From NCBI GenBank assembly GCA_964016885.1, contig OZ024764.1:22692001-22756000 (forward strand): DNA of 64,000 bases, in the 5' to 3' direction. The translations under genes were made by a program, and so were the position numbers. The notes under the pieces were generated by a model. That model searched no databases and was not told the DNA's origin. It saw only the letters and a program-made list of their open reading frames with translations. Positions 1-10,796 of this stretch are shown here, in pieces (position 1 is the stretch's first letter; the number at the start of each line of letters is the position of its first letter). Source of the DNA: Eledone cirrhosa (taxonomy: Eukaryota).

Positions 1-455
1 GTGACACAGTGGAGGTTATCTCAACAAGTGAGATGAAACAAACCTTATTAGACAGGTTCTTATCGAAAATCCCTGCATATAAAAGTGAGGAAAGTGTGGC
101 GAAAAGGGGCAAAAATCAGCGAATAAGATTCAGTTATTCAGTTCATCCTTTCTCCTCCGTCAACATCCTCAAGTCGTCTGATCTCCAAGATAGATGCTGT
201 ACATTATACTTAATAAAACTAGTTTGTTGTAGTACATTCTATTGTATTGTTTTTTATATACAATATTTGTTATTTATAAGTACATTTTTCTTATTTAAAA
301 ACACGTAACAAAAGAAACTGTGGTTTTGGGGGGTCTGGAACAGATTAATGGCATTTTATTTTATTTCAGTGGGGAAAATTGATTTGACATACGAGTAATT
401 TAAGTTACGAGGTCCTCCACGGAACAAATTAAACTCTTAAGTCAAGGTACCACAG
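1..455 (+). mobile_element. 3' end of Tigger/pogo-like (Tc1/mariner superfamily) DNA transposon fossil
   Basis: Near-identical to 15418-15871; ends in TAAGTCAAGGTACCACAG, which matches the reverse complement of the left TIR CAGTGGTACCTTGACTTA at 13823 apart from one base. Confidence 0.85.
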
Positions 456-489
456 TGTGTATGTATATATATATATATATGAAGGAACG

Positions 490-655
490 ATCGACTTTCG
501 TCAAATCGGACCGAGGAAGCAATGTTTCCATTGGTCTTTCCAATTGCTAGTACTAACGGTCGCAATTCCAGGTAGAAGGAACGACGTGAAATAAAGTGTC
601 TTGCTCAAGGTCATAACGCATCGCCTGGTCCAGGAATCGAACTTACAACCTCAAG
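490..655 (-). mobile_element. tRNA-derived SINE fragment
   Basis: Minus-strand B-box-like AGTTCGATTCC (633-643) followed by CTTGAGCAAGACACTTTA; also at ~51225-51390 and partly inverted at ~33100-33190. Confidence 0.55.
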
Positions 656-1011
656 ATATATATATATATATATAGTTAAATATTAGACAGGAACAAAAAA
701 CAGAGGCAGTGCAAATGGTAGTTTATACCGAGAGAGAGAGAGACAAACACATATATACCCCTACTACAGTAAAACATAAAACATATGTAAGGGGAGACAA
801 CTTTCGTTACATCCCCTCTTGTTTCTGATATACGATCTTTAGATACTTTGTCCAATGGAATCTACTTTATTTTGTGTCCTAAGTAGATTTCTGTTTAAGT
901 ATTTACGAGATTCACAATGATTCACGTAACCAAGTTACTTACATAGAGATATATTTCACATAGAATCACAACAAATGAAAATATTAAGTCAACACTCTGT
1001 CAATCAGTCTC

Positions 1012-1700
1012 ACATCACATGGGGTGCCGGAGTCTCCCTCTAATACTTTCTGAGACAGTCTTACCTCGAGTGATAGCAAGGCTAAGATGTTGGAACTACC
1101 AAACACCCTCATATGTATCACCTGACACCTCGGTAAGGAAAGCTGCCAACGATAACAGGGACCTCGTTGTCAGGGACCTATCTCCTCCAAACTTCTCCAA
1201 CACCACAGACTAGAATATTCTACTCTTTATTCCCTATTAAATATATTTCAGTCTAGTCATTTATCTTGTATCTTGTATATGTATTTTCAAAACTAACTGT
1301 CACATTTGTGAGACCCCAGTTAGTGATGTTTTTGTCTCCCTCCCACATCCTACATGCTGTAGTAAAAGTGAGGGTCACTGCTTCCGTAGACGAACGAAAT
1401 AAAAGCTAAACTACCAGTAATTATCGGCAAAGTATTTATTCCAGTCTGTGATGTTTGAGAAGCTGGGCTGCTGACAACGAAGTTGTTGTCACTGTTGGCG
1501 GCTGGCTTTACCGAAGTACCCGATGACTCTTGTGAGGGTACTTAGCTATTCTGGCGGTTTAGCCTCTATATGACCTGATCTTACCGAGATACCCGGCGAT
1601 CTCTGTCAGGGTACTTAGCTGTTCTGGTAGCTTAGCCTCCATATGACCCGATCTTACCGAGATACCCGGTGATCTCTGTAAGAGTACTTAGCTGTTCTAT
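1012..1700. repeat. Degenerate foldback element with inverted arms; right arm carries a 73-bp tandem repeat
   Basis: 1128-1217 is the diverged reverse complement of 1437-1516 (e.g. CGTTGTCAG / CTGACAACG; CAGACTAGAATA / TATTCCAGTCTG); 73-bp period at 1535, 1608, 1681. Confidence 0.65.
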
Positions 1701-1794
1701 TTTAATTTCATTTACTGTTTTTTACTTCATTTTTTTATTACAAACTTTACATAATTTAATTCGGTAAATATATTTTAACGTCACAAAAAAACTC

Positions 1795-1920
1795 GACCTT
1801 TGACATTGAAGCATGCGCAGTGGTGCTGTTGTCGACTTCCTGTCCACGTGTTAGTCTTCCTACAACATCATTTAGAAAACATTTCTGTAAATACTAAACA
1901 CCTCAGACTATAATGTAAGT
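1795..1920 (+). promoter_or_regulatory. Putative promoter and non-coding first exon of ZNF gene 1
   Basis: GACCTTTGAC, GCATGCGCA (NRF1/Ewg-like, 1811), ACTTCCTG (ETS core), CACGTG (E-box), then donor AAT|GTAAGT at 1915; conserved in all four units. Confidence 0.6.
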
Positions 1921-1982
1921 ATTATGTCTATTAATATTGTAGATTTAAGCTCACTTTTCACATCACAAATATATATTTTCTT

Positions 1983-2682
1983 CGCTCAACCTTAAGTCTC
2001 ACGTCAGAAATGAAATTTATTTTCATTTTCGATTCATTAAAAACTATTGTTTATCTGAATACAAAAACTGGTTGGACGACTACGGGCTGGCACTACGTAA
2101 GTTGATGTTTTGGATGTAAATGACATCGTTAATGAGAATATTACACTTGTTACTCTTATACCTGTCATACACGGTGACAATCTATGTTACAGTGGCTGGT
2201 AAGACGGCAGTGACAGTGTCAATTGTCCTGTTTGTAATGAAACCTGCACATTAAACCATTATTCTGAGACTCACAAGAAATGGAGATGGCGATGTAACCC
2301 CGACAATGTCTCCCAAGCAGTGCGACATAATTGTTTTTTTCAAGGAAGCCATGTGCCACTCGATCACCTTATTTTTATTTTATACATGTGGTGCTACAAT
2401 TATACACAAGCTGAGATGATTCGAGAAACGGGAGTCTCCCAACCGACAATTATTGACTGGTGCAATTTTATTTGAGAAATTTGCCAGCAATATTTGGAGG
2501 AAAATCGCCAACAACTTGGAGGCTTCGATGACAATGGTGAGTCCATCATTGTCGAGATCGACGAGAGCCAACATGGTACCAGAGCTGCTTTATTTCAATC
2601 TTATATTGCAGTCTTTGGCGACAGAGAGTTGGTGCCAACAAGTTTGGCGAGATGATAAACTGCACTGGAGCAATTGATATGG
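1983..2682 (+). mobile_element. Merlin/IS1016-like (ISXO2 DDE) transposase fragment, unit-1-specific insertion
   Basis: 2221-2568 translates NCPVCNETC..KWRWRC..FFQGSHVPL..ILYMWC..TGVSQPTIIDWCNFI*EIC..LGG..IIVEIDES (Zn ribbon, HTH, first catalytic D motif); absent at the homologous sites 17596, 35192, 53152. Confidence 0.8.
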
Positions 2683-2789
2683 TGTTTCATTACTGGAAAT
2701 ATAAGATGTTATGGTAATTATCTATATTTTACCTCACACCTTAGGGGTTAACTACACACTTTGAGGCAAGCCAACACACTGGCAGCAAT

Positions 2790-3025
2790 ACCACGGGTGA
2801 TGGTGAGGCTAAGGTGCTTAAATAACCAGGTACCCACACGGGTATCACCTGACACCTCAGTAAGGTGAGGCTAAGGTGCTGAGATAACCAGGTACCCTCA
2901 CGGGTATCACCTAACACCTCATTAAGGTGAGGCTAAGGTGCTTAAATAACCAGGTACCCTCACGGGTATCACCTGACACCTCAGTAAGGTGAGGCTAAGG
3001 TACTGAAATAACTAGGTACCCTCAC
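2790..3025 (+). repeat. 62-bp tandem repeat (~3.5-4 copies)
   Basis: ATAACCAGGTACCC recurs at 2822, 2884, 2946, 3008. Confidence 0.9.
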
Positions 3026-3369
3026 GGAAACGACTAGATTTGTAGAAAAAGTAGGGTGAAAGTATACGAAGAGATATAGTTTCACAGATCTACTCACACC
3101 TCACGTTGAGTGGGAATTAATTATTTTTCTAGACCCCTTTTCAATATTTCCTCTGGACCCCTTAGATACTTGCAATAGACATTTTCTTCCCCAGTATTAG
3201 GGTTAGGGTTTCCATTTTCAGGAAGAAAAGTCGATTGCAAACATCTAATAGGTCGAGAAAAATAATAAGGAAAGATAATTATTTCCCAGCCAACTGGAGA
3301 AGTGTGTAGCTCTTCTAAACTCTGATAATCCTGTCTCCCACTTCTTTATCTACAAATCTAGTCGTTTCC
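3026..3369. mobile_element. Palindromic MITE with GG...CC termini and central TTAGGGTTAGGG
   Basis: GGAAACGACTAGATTTGTAGA at 3026 and its exact reverse complement ending 3369; inner arms also complementary; no TSD visible. Confidence 0.75.
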
Positions 3370-3494
3370 TGCTACTTTGAAGGCCCTATTTATTGATAAC
3401 ACCACTTGTATATCTTTGTCAACTTTTCATACGTAAATTGTGAATCAGTTATTTTTAAACAAACTATCAAAGAAGTAATCTCACAGTAACTGTG

Positions 3495-3715
3495 TTTGAT
3501 TTAATCAACTTATTCCCCCCAAACATTGTCGACCTTGTGTCTAAATCAGAAACTATTATTAGATCTTAAATCAACCCCGTAAAGATGAAGGGCAAAGCTA
3601 ACCTCGGCGGGATTTCAACCCTTTATGTTATGAGTTCAAATCCCACCAAAGTTAACTTTGTCTTTCATTCTAACGGGGTGGATAAATTAAAGTTCCAGTA
3701 ATCTACTGGGGTCTG
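3495..3715. mobile_element. Octopus-type tRNA-SINE remnants, including a head-to-head inverted pair
   Basis: GAGTTCAAATCCCACCAAAGTTAACTTTGTCTTTCATTC (+, 3632) and an inverted counterpart GATGAAGGGCAAAGCTAACCTCGGCGGGATTTCAAC (3584). Confidence 0.55.
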
Positions 3716-3765
3716 AGATATTAAATGTTTGAGTAGATTCTATCTTTTTGTGTGTTTGTATTTAT

Positions 3766-4144
3766 TCTCTCAAAGACAATGACACACAACCGTGACTTCT
3801 GGCGTCACGCAGTAATACAGAGTACCCGACCTCCCATGTTTACATGCTGAAGCATATAAACAATATGCCCCCACACCCCCCACCGCAAGGTGGTCGTGGA
3901 GGTGCCACGGCAAAAAAGCACCCAGCCCGCACTGTAAAGTGGACGTGTAGGTGCCACGAAAAAGCACCCAGCACTCACTGTAAATGAGGTTGGTGTTAGG
4001 AAGGGCATCCAGCTGTAGAAATCAAGCCAGATCAGTTCCTGTATGAGCAAGGCATGGTCAGCCGACTAGACACTGCACACAACAGGACAACCCGTCTAAC
4101 CCATGCTAGCGTGGAAGAACGGACGTAAAACGGTGATGATGATG
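3766..4144 (+). mobile_element. 5'-truncated RTE LINE 3' end, unit-1-specific
   Basis: Homologous to the ORF end and 3'UTR of the RTE at 29310-29776; (GAT)n tail; empty site TTTATAATCTT at 18961 and 54648. Confidence 0.8.
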
Positions 4145-4151
4145 AATCTTA

Positions 4152-4583
4152 TTAGAACACCTGTGACCTGTTGGGTCACGTTCCCTTTAAAAATAATTTT
4201 TAAATAATTAAAATATACAGACATGTCTATAATCTAAAATGAAATTAGTAGTTAGGCCCATGTATATATATATATATATATGCGTGTGTGTATATATATA
4301 TATATGTGTGTGTATATATATGTCACAGACACACACACAAATCACTTGTTATAATTTTAAAATTTCGTTCAACAACACCACCAGCTCTCTCTCTCTATTT
4401 ATGAAGGTACCAGAAAAAACTCATATCTCGGGAACCTGTGCTCTGATTTACATGAAACTTGTTTTATCCCATCTGTATTCCCATTTCAGGGTCAACTTCC
4501 TTTCAAACTATTTTCCCGTTATGCCCCGTTTTGGCTGTATTACATTACAGACAAGACACAATCACAGAGTTTTAGGTTTATAA
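4152..4583 (-). mobile_element. Non-autonomous Helitron-like element (intron 1, minus strand)
   Basis: Reverse complement of 11914-12283; paralogs at 18973 and 54660 begin A|CTAG. Confidence 0.65.
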
Positions 4584-4635
4584 TGTTATAGTATCATGAT
4601 AGGGTAATACAGTTATTTATAGACCTGTGGTAAAT

Positions 4636-5043
4636 GTTGGTTCAGTCCACCCTGGGGGGTGTTAGTGTTGGTTCAGTACACCCTGGGGAGTGTTAGTGTT
4701 GGTTCAGTCCACCCTGGGGGGTGTAAGTGTTGGTTCAGTACACCCTGGGGAGTGTTAGTGTTGGTTCAGTCCACCTGGGGAGTGTTAGTGTTGGTTCAGT
4801 CCACCCTGGGGGATGTTAGTGTTGGTTCAGTACACCCTGGGGAGTGTTAGTGTTGGTTCAGTCCACCCTGGGGGCTGTTAGCGTTGGTTCAGTCCACCTT
4901 GGGAGGTGTTAGTGTTGGTTCAGTCCACCCTGGGGGATGTTAGTGTTGGTTCAGTCCACCCTGGGGAGTGTTAGTGTTGGTTCAGTCCACCCTGGGGGGT
5001 GTAAGTGTTGGTTCAGTCTACCCTGAGGGGTGTCAGTGTTGGT
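4636..5043 (+). repeat. 31-bp minisatellite (~13 copies)
   Basis: Unit GTTAGTGTTGGTTCAGTCCACCCTGGGGGGT. Confidence 0.95.
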
Positions 5044-5067
5044 CAATGATAACCTTTATAACTAGAG

Positions 5068-5478
5068 GCCTGTTGGTGAGGACAAGCTGGAAGTGGTGAC
5101 ATATTTCTGCTACCTGTGTGTCATGTCAGCTGGAAGTGGAGCCAAGTTCACTGCCATCGTGCTGTGCCACTCCACAGGTAACAAGTTTAGGCAGCTTCTC
5201 CTAATCCTCAAGACATGCTGGCTACCATTAGACACCATGGGGCAGGTTTATAACACCTGTGGGAGAAGTGTGTTGTTTCATGCCAGCGGGACCTGGGCCA
5301 TGTTATCTGACTGTCTGAATTGACTCTGAAGAAATGACAGAGCTATGATCCACTGGATGTGTAGTGTGACCATTGAGGATGATGTCAGCTCAACTGAGCT
5401 CTTAAAAAAACTGCTGATCGACAACCTTAAGGATGTGTTTCACAGGAGACACATGCACTGGTATGGCCATGTTGTGCA
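5068..5478 (+). mobile_element. Old RTE LINE remnant (RT C-terminal part)
   Basis: Fragmentary DKLEVVTYFCYL, GQVYNTC..SVLFHASGTW, MIHWMC, WYGHV motifs align with the RTE ORF at 28017. Confidence 0.7.
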
Positions 5479-8035
5479 TTCTCTCTCAACTCATCTATGC
5501 TTGGTCATTGATGCACATTGACATTATACATCCAACGGAGCATACTTGCTTCATTTCTCTCCAGTCGTTGCATATCCTCCACAGTTGCTGTCTATGTCTC
5601 ACTACCGTGCAGCATCACACATCTCACGCAGGCATCACAAGCCATTTGTTCTTAGAGAGAAACCCTTCTTTGTCAACATAGGAAGCAGCTCCCTAAACTT
5701 CTTCCAACCCGTCCTTATTCTAGATACTATGGCCTCTGGGCACCCTCCTCCCATGCTAATCTGATCACCTAGATACCGGAAGCTATCAACCACTTCTATA
5801 GAACCTATTTGCATTTGAAAAATGTGTCTATCACTGCGACTTCTACTGTCAAATTTCCCTGTACATCTACTACATATGTATTTTTCCCTACCTGTTAGTT
5901 TGCCTGCTATCCCACTACATTTCTTGTGTACCCAAAATCTGCATTGTGTACATTATAGAATTTATGCCAGTTCCTTTTCTACATATTGAACAAGGCCATT
6001 TCCCTGATGGAATGACAGTTTTGTCCTCTTTTCTACTCATCAACACTTTAGTCTTAGCTAGGTTCACTCTCAGTCCTCTTGATTCCAACTGCTGTTGCAA
6101 TAGCCAGAATTTATTCTCTAGCTCCTCTACTGATTCTGCTATAAGAACCATATCGTCAGCATAGAGAACATGCCATGGGCACCTAGTCTTAAACTCCTCT
6201 GTTATGACTTGGAGGACTATAATGAACAAGAGCGGGCTGAGGACCGAACCCTGATGTACTCCTGCATCTGTAATTCCTCACTAAACTCCATGCCTACCCT
6301 CACTTTACTGACAGCACCTCTGTACATAGCTTGCACTGTCCTCACAAACTATTCATCTACACCTAGTTTCCTTAGGGACCACCAGATGACAGATTGGGGT
6401 ACTCTATCAAAGGCCTTCTCTAGGTCAACAAAAACTAAGTATAGTGGTTTTCTTCTCTAAGAACCTCTCTTGTAGTTGTCTCACTAAGAAGAGGGCATCT
6501 GTTTCACTCTTTTTCTAAGTTGCGCTAGTATTCTTTCTGTCACTTTCATAACCTGATCCATCAGTTTTATACCCCTATAATTACTCCCCTCCAGAACATC
6601 CCCTTTACCTTTACCTCAATTTATGAGAATACTGCTGCACCAGTATTTGGGGGTGACACCACCATATATAGCTTGATTAATGATACGTGCAACCAGTTTA
6701 ATTCCTAATTCTCTTGATGCCTTCAGCATCTCAGCAACTATCCCCAACAGTCCAGCGGACTTACCATTTTTCATTTCCTTAATTGCCTCTTGGACCCTAT
6801 AGTCGTCAATCTCAATAGCTGGTCCTTCTGTCGGGTCTACTGAAGGTAGCTCCTCTCCTATTCATTCTCCACATTCATCAGTCTCTCATAATGACATTTC
6901 CAGGCCTCCTTTTTTTTGAGAATCAGTGACACTAAGTGCACCAACATCCTGATTTACACTGACACACTGCCTTGCAATGTGGATCACCGCACATCTCTGA
7001 TCTCCCCATCGCAGGACATTGGCAAACCTTCTACTCTCAGCCTCCCTGCATGTTAAGTAAACCTGACATCTAGCTTCTCTCTTAGCGGCTGTGAATCGGT
7101 CTCTACCCCTACCATTTTTCCAAGCCTTTTGTCTCTAATGGCTCTATCTACCGTGCTGTTCCACCACCAGGTCACCCTCTGTCTGGTTGGAGCTCTGCTC
7201 CAGCCACAAGTTTCTTCAGTAACCTGCAGTAAGTTGTCACGTAAGAAATTCCAGTTATCGTCCATGTCATAGGACTCTAAATCGTCTTCTTTTTCGTCAT
7301 ACACATCTTGAAGGGCTTTCCTAAATTTATATTTTAGTGAAAGGTCTTTTAGTTTCCAGACCTTCCTTTGTCACACTTTCTTGTATGTCTCTCTTTGTCT
7401 CTCGCTTACTGAGATGTCACTAACGACTAACCTATGTTGGTGGGGTACATTGTTCCCTGGGGTATGCAAGAAGTCAATCTGTCTCATGTGCTCACCTGAT
7501 TGGTAGGTTATTAGGTGGTTGGTAGGTTTCTTGAAGTGTTGCAAATGGTTAGTTCACTTGCATCACAAAATACAAGAAGCCTCACTCCTTCTTCGTTTCT
7601 TGAGTCATAACCATGACCACCATGTACCCCAGTATATCCATCCTCGAACTGTCCAACATGACCATTGAAGTCCCCTGCTATTATAACTAGGTCTCTGTCA
7701 TTGTGGTTATCTCTACTTATTCCTTTTCTATATATGGAGCAGGGCCACTTTCCTGAAGGGGTCAGGGTCTTCTCTCCTATCCATTAGCACTTTAGTTTTG
7801 GCTAAGTATATTCTCAGAACTTACCATTTCAAATTCTATATCTATAGCTGGTCATCTACATAGAGAAGTTTCCATAGACAGCCAGTCTTAAACCTCTCTG
7901 TTATGGCTTGGAGAACTATGATGAACAACAGTGGGCTAAGAACTAAACCATGATGAACTCCTACCTGTACCTTCAATTTCACACTAAACACACTTTACTG
8001 ACAGCTTCTCACAAGCCATTCTTCTACACCTAATT
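5479..8035 (-). mobile_element. Degenerate RTE LINE(s): endonuclease-linker-RT, plus a second RT fragment at ~7710-8035
   Basis: ORF pieces FIIVLQVITEEFKTRCPWHVLYADD, GLRVNLAKTK, TWWWNSTVDRAI; many frameshifts. Confidence 0.9.
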
Positions 8036-8042
8036 TCTTTAA

Positions 8043-8250
8043 CCCTTTAGTATATAAACTGGCCATATCTGGCCAGAATTGTCTCATGTCTTTCTGTTCA
8101 AACTGGCCGTAACTGGTCACTTATACTTATGTTAAGGTATTGTTCTCAAAATAAGTAACATCAAAATCTCATAGATTTGATATTATGAGTGATAAAGCAT
8201 TTACTGTGAAAATATAATAGTAAATATAGAGTAATGTGAATACTAAAGGG
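8043..8250. mobile_element. piggyBac-type MITE (208 bp)
   Basis: TTAA|CCCTTTAGTAT ... ATACTAAAGGG|TTAA. Confidence 0.8.
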
Positions 8251-8432
8251 TTAATCTGATGTCACTAATAACTACTTTTATCTGTCAGTTTAATCTAATG
8301 TCACTAATAACTACTTTTATCAGTTAGTATAATCTGATGTCACTAATAACTACTTTTATCAGTCAGTTTAATCTAATGTCACTAATAACTACTTTTATCA
8401 GTCAGTTTAATCTACTACCACTAATAACTAAC
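8251..8432 (+). repeat. 39-bp minisatellite (~4.5 copies)
   Basis: Unit TTAATCTAATGTCACTAATAACTACTTTTATCAGTCAGT. Confidence 0.9.
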
Positions 8433-8792
8433 CTATGTTAGTCAGCACATTCTTCACCAAAGAAGGCCTTAGTATTTATTACAGTCCATTTATCAATATA
8501 GAAATATTATATGAAATTTGTACTGATGTATTACAAGTTTCTGAGTATCTTATAATGTTCTTTTATTATTTCAGAATACCAGAGGACATTGGCATTAAAG
8601 AGCACGTTACATCAGACATATCCTCAACATTAACCATTTCTAATGAAATACACTAACCATCATTTTCAAATAATTTTGAAAACACTCAACACTCAACACT
8701 TTGAAGTGATTTAGTAATATAACTAAATTTCTCAGTATTAAGCTGTGAATTATGTGAGAAACTGAGGTGATTGATATCTTTTAGTAGGAGAT

Positions 8793-9989
8793 ATGTCGAA
8801 AAATATAGTAAAATCACCATTCCACTGTGATATCTGTGGTAAATCATTCTCTCGTAGTAATCAGCTAACTACTCACAAACGCATTCATACAGGAGAGAAG
8901 CCATATCACTGTGATATCAGTGGTAAATCATTCAGTCGCAGTAATACCTTAACTAATCACAAAAATATTCATACAGGAGAGAAACCATATCACTGTGATA
9001 TCTGTGGTAAAACGTTCTCTAAAAATAATAACCTAACTACTCACAAACGTATTCATACAGGAGAGAAGCCATATCACTGTGATATCTGTGGTAAATCATT
9101 CAGTGACAGTAGTAGCTTCAGAGTTCACAAACAAATTCATACAGGAGAGAAACCATATCACTGTGACATCTGTGGTAAAACGTTCTCTAAAAACAATAGC
9201 GTAACTACTCACAAACGTATTCATACAGGAGAGAAGCCATATCAATGTGACATCTGTGATAAATCATTCTCTCAAAGTAGTCACCTAACTACTCACAAAC
9301 GTATTCATACAGGAGAGAAGCCATATCAATGTGATATCGGTGATAAATCATTCAGTGACAGTAGTAGCTTCAGAGTTCACAAACAAATTCATACAGGAGA
9401 GAAGCCACATCACTGTGACATCTGTGGTACATCATTCAGTCACAAAAGTAACTTAACTACCCACAAACGTATTCATACAGGAGAGAAGCCATATCAGTGT
9501 GATATCTGTGGTAAATCATTCTCTCGTAATAACCTAACTACTCACAGACGTATTCATACAGGAGAGAAACCATATCACTGTGATATCTGTGGTAAAACAT
9601 TCACTAAAAATAATAACCTAACTACTCACAAACGTATTCATACAGGAGAGAACCCATATCATTGTGATATCTGTGGTAAATCATTCTCTCAGAGTAATCA
9701 GCTAACTTCTCACAAACGTATTCATACAGGAGAGAAGCCATATCACTGTGACATCTGTGATAAATCATTCTCTCATAGTAAAACCTTAACTACCCACAAA
9801 CGTACTCATACAGGAGAGAAGCCATATCACTGTGATATCTGTGATAAATCATTCTCTCAGCATAAAACCTTAACTATCTACAAACGTACTCATACAGGAG
9901 AGAAGCCATATCACTGTGACATCTGTGGTAAATCATTCTCTCATAGTAATACCTTAGCTATCCTCAAACGTACTCATACAGGAGAGTAG
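8793..9989 (+). CDS. Tandem C2H2 zinc-finger protein 1 (14 finger repeats; 4 with lost ligands, 1 with a 1-aa deletion; premature TAG)
   Basis: 398-aa ORF of CxxC-x12-HxxxH with TGEKPY linkers; upstream acceptor TTTCAG at 8574. Confidence 0.9.
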   Translation: MSKNIVKSPFHCDICGKSFSRSNQLTTHKRIHTGEKPYHCDISGKSFSRSNTLTNHKNIHTGEKPYHCDICGKTFSKNNNLTTHKRIHTGEKPYHCDICGKSFSDSSSFRVHKQIHTGEKPYHCDICGKTFSKNNSVTTHKRIHTGEKPYQCDICDKSFSQSSHLTTHKRIHTGEKPYQCDIGDKSFSDSSSFRVHKQIHTGEKPHHCDICGTSFSHKSNLTTHKRIHTGEKPYQCDICGKSFSRNNLTTHRRIHTGEKPYHCDICGKTFTKNNNLTTHKRIHTGENPYHCDICGKSFSQSNQLTSHKRIHTGEKPYHCDICDKSFSHSKTLTTHKRTHTGEKPYHCDICDKSFSQHKTLTIYKRTHTGEKPYHCDICGKSFSHSNTLAILKRTHTGE

Positions 9990-10148
9990 CCATATCATTG
10001 TGACATCTGTGGTAAATCATTCGCTGACAGAACTAGCTTAGCTACCCACAAACGTACTCATACAGGAGAGATTTACCACATCTGTGGTAAATCATTCACT
10101 CTTAGAGGTAACTTAACCAAGCATGTGCGTATTCATAAAGAAGTTTAG
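9990..10148 (+). pseudogene. In-frame continuation of ZNF1 beyond the premature stop (one intact and one broken finger)
   Basis: Reads [52 protein letters not shown], matching the paralog ends [11 protein letters not shown]. Confidence 0.85.
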
Positions 10149-10796
10149 CTGTATCAATATCAAACTCATTACATCATACTACAACAACAACAATTGTGTA
10201 GATCCATCATCCTGGCTAAAACTGGGGTTAACCTTGTAGGTTTTAACTAGGACAGGGATCATAAACACCAGGTTTCCAATTTTGAAGTAGTGTTTGAAGA
10301 TTTTGTGTAAATTAAAGTTTTTCACATTAAACTTTCATTTATTATACTTTAACAGGTAAGATATATATTTGTATTTTTAGTAAAGGTTGGGAACTTCTGT
10401 AATTTAAACCTGCCAATAAAATGAAAACTTTTGTTGTTGCTAGTCTGACATTGATATTAATTCTATTGTCCTGTACATTGTCTCAAATATCACAGATTAA
10501 ACAGATTTTAACAATAACAACAGAAATCAATAACTTGTAAGCCTAATATCTAGCTTCCATTTTAACCATTTGATATTGTTGTTCCCCTCCTGTCTCGTCA
10601 GGTCTTTTAGATTTCAACTTCTATCTACTGTACTATTCCATCACCAAGGCAACATTCATCTGGCTGGCAGCTTACATCAACTACAGATCTCATCAGTGGT
10701 TCACAACAGGCTGTCTGAAAGAAACTTCCAGATATCTTCTATGTCATAGCTATCAATCTCCTCCTCCTTATCATATGTATCATGTAGAACATCTCT

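Noticed and set aside
4636-5043. Possible CRISPR-like array (also the 62/73/82-bp repeats)
   Set aside because: Head-to-tail repeats without unique spacers, no cas genes, eukaryotic context
8435-8656. 73-aa ORF conserved upstream of ZNF genes 1-3
   Set aside because: Spans the predicted intron/exon boundary and is disrupted in unit 4; conservation reflects recent duplication
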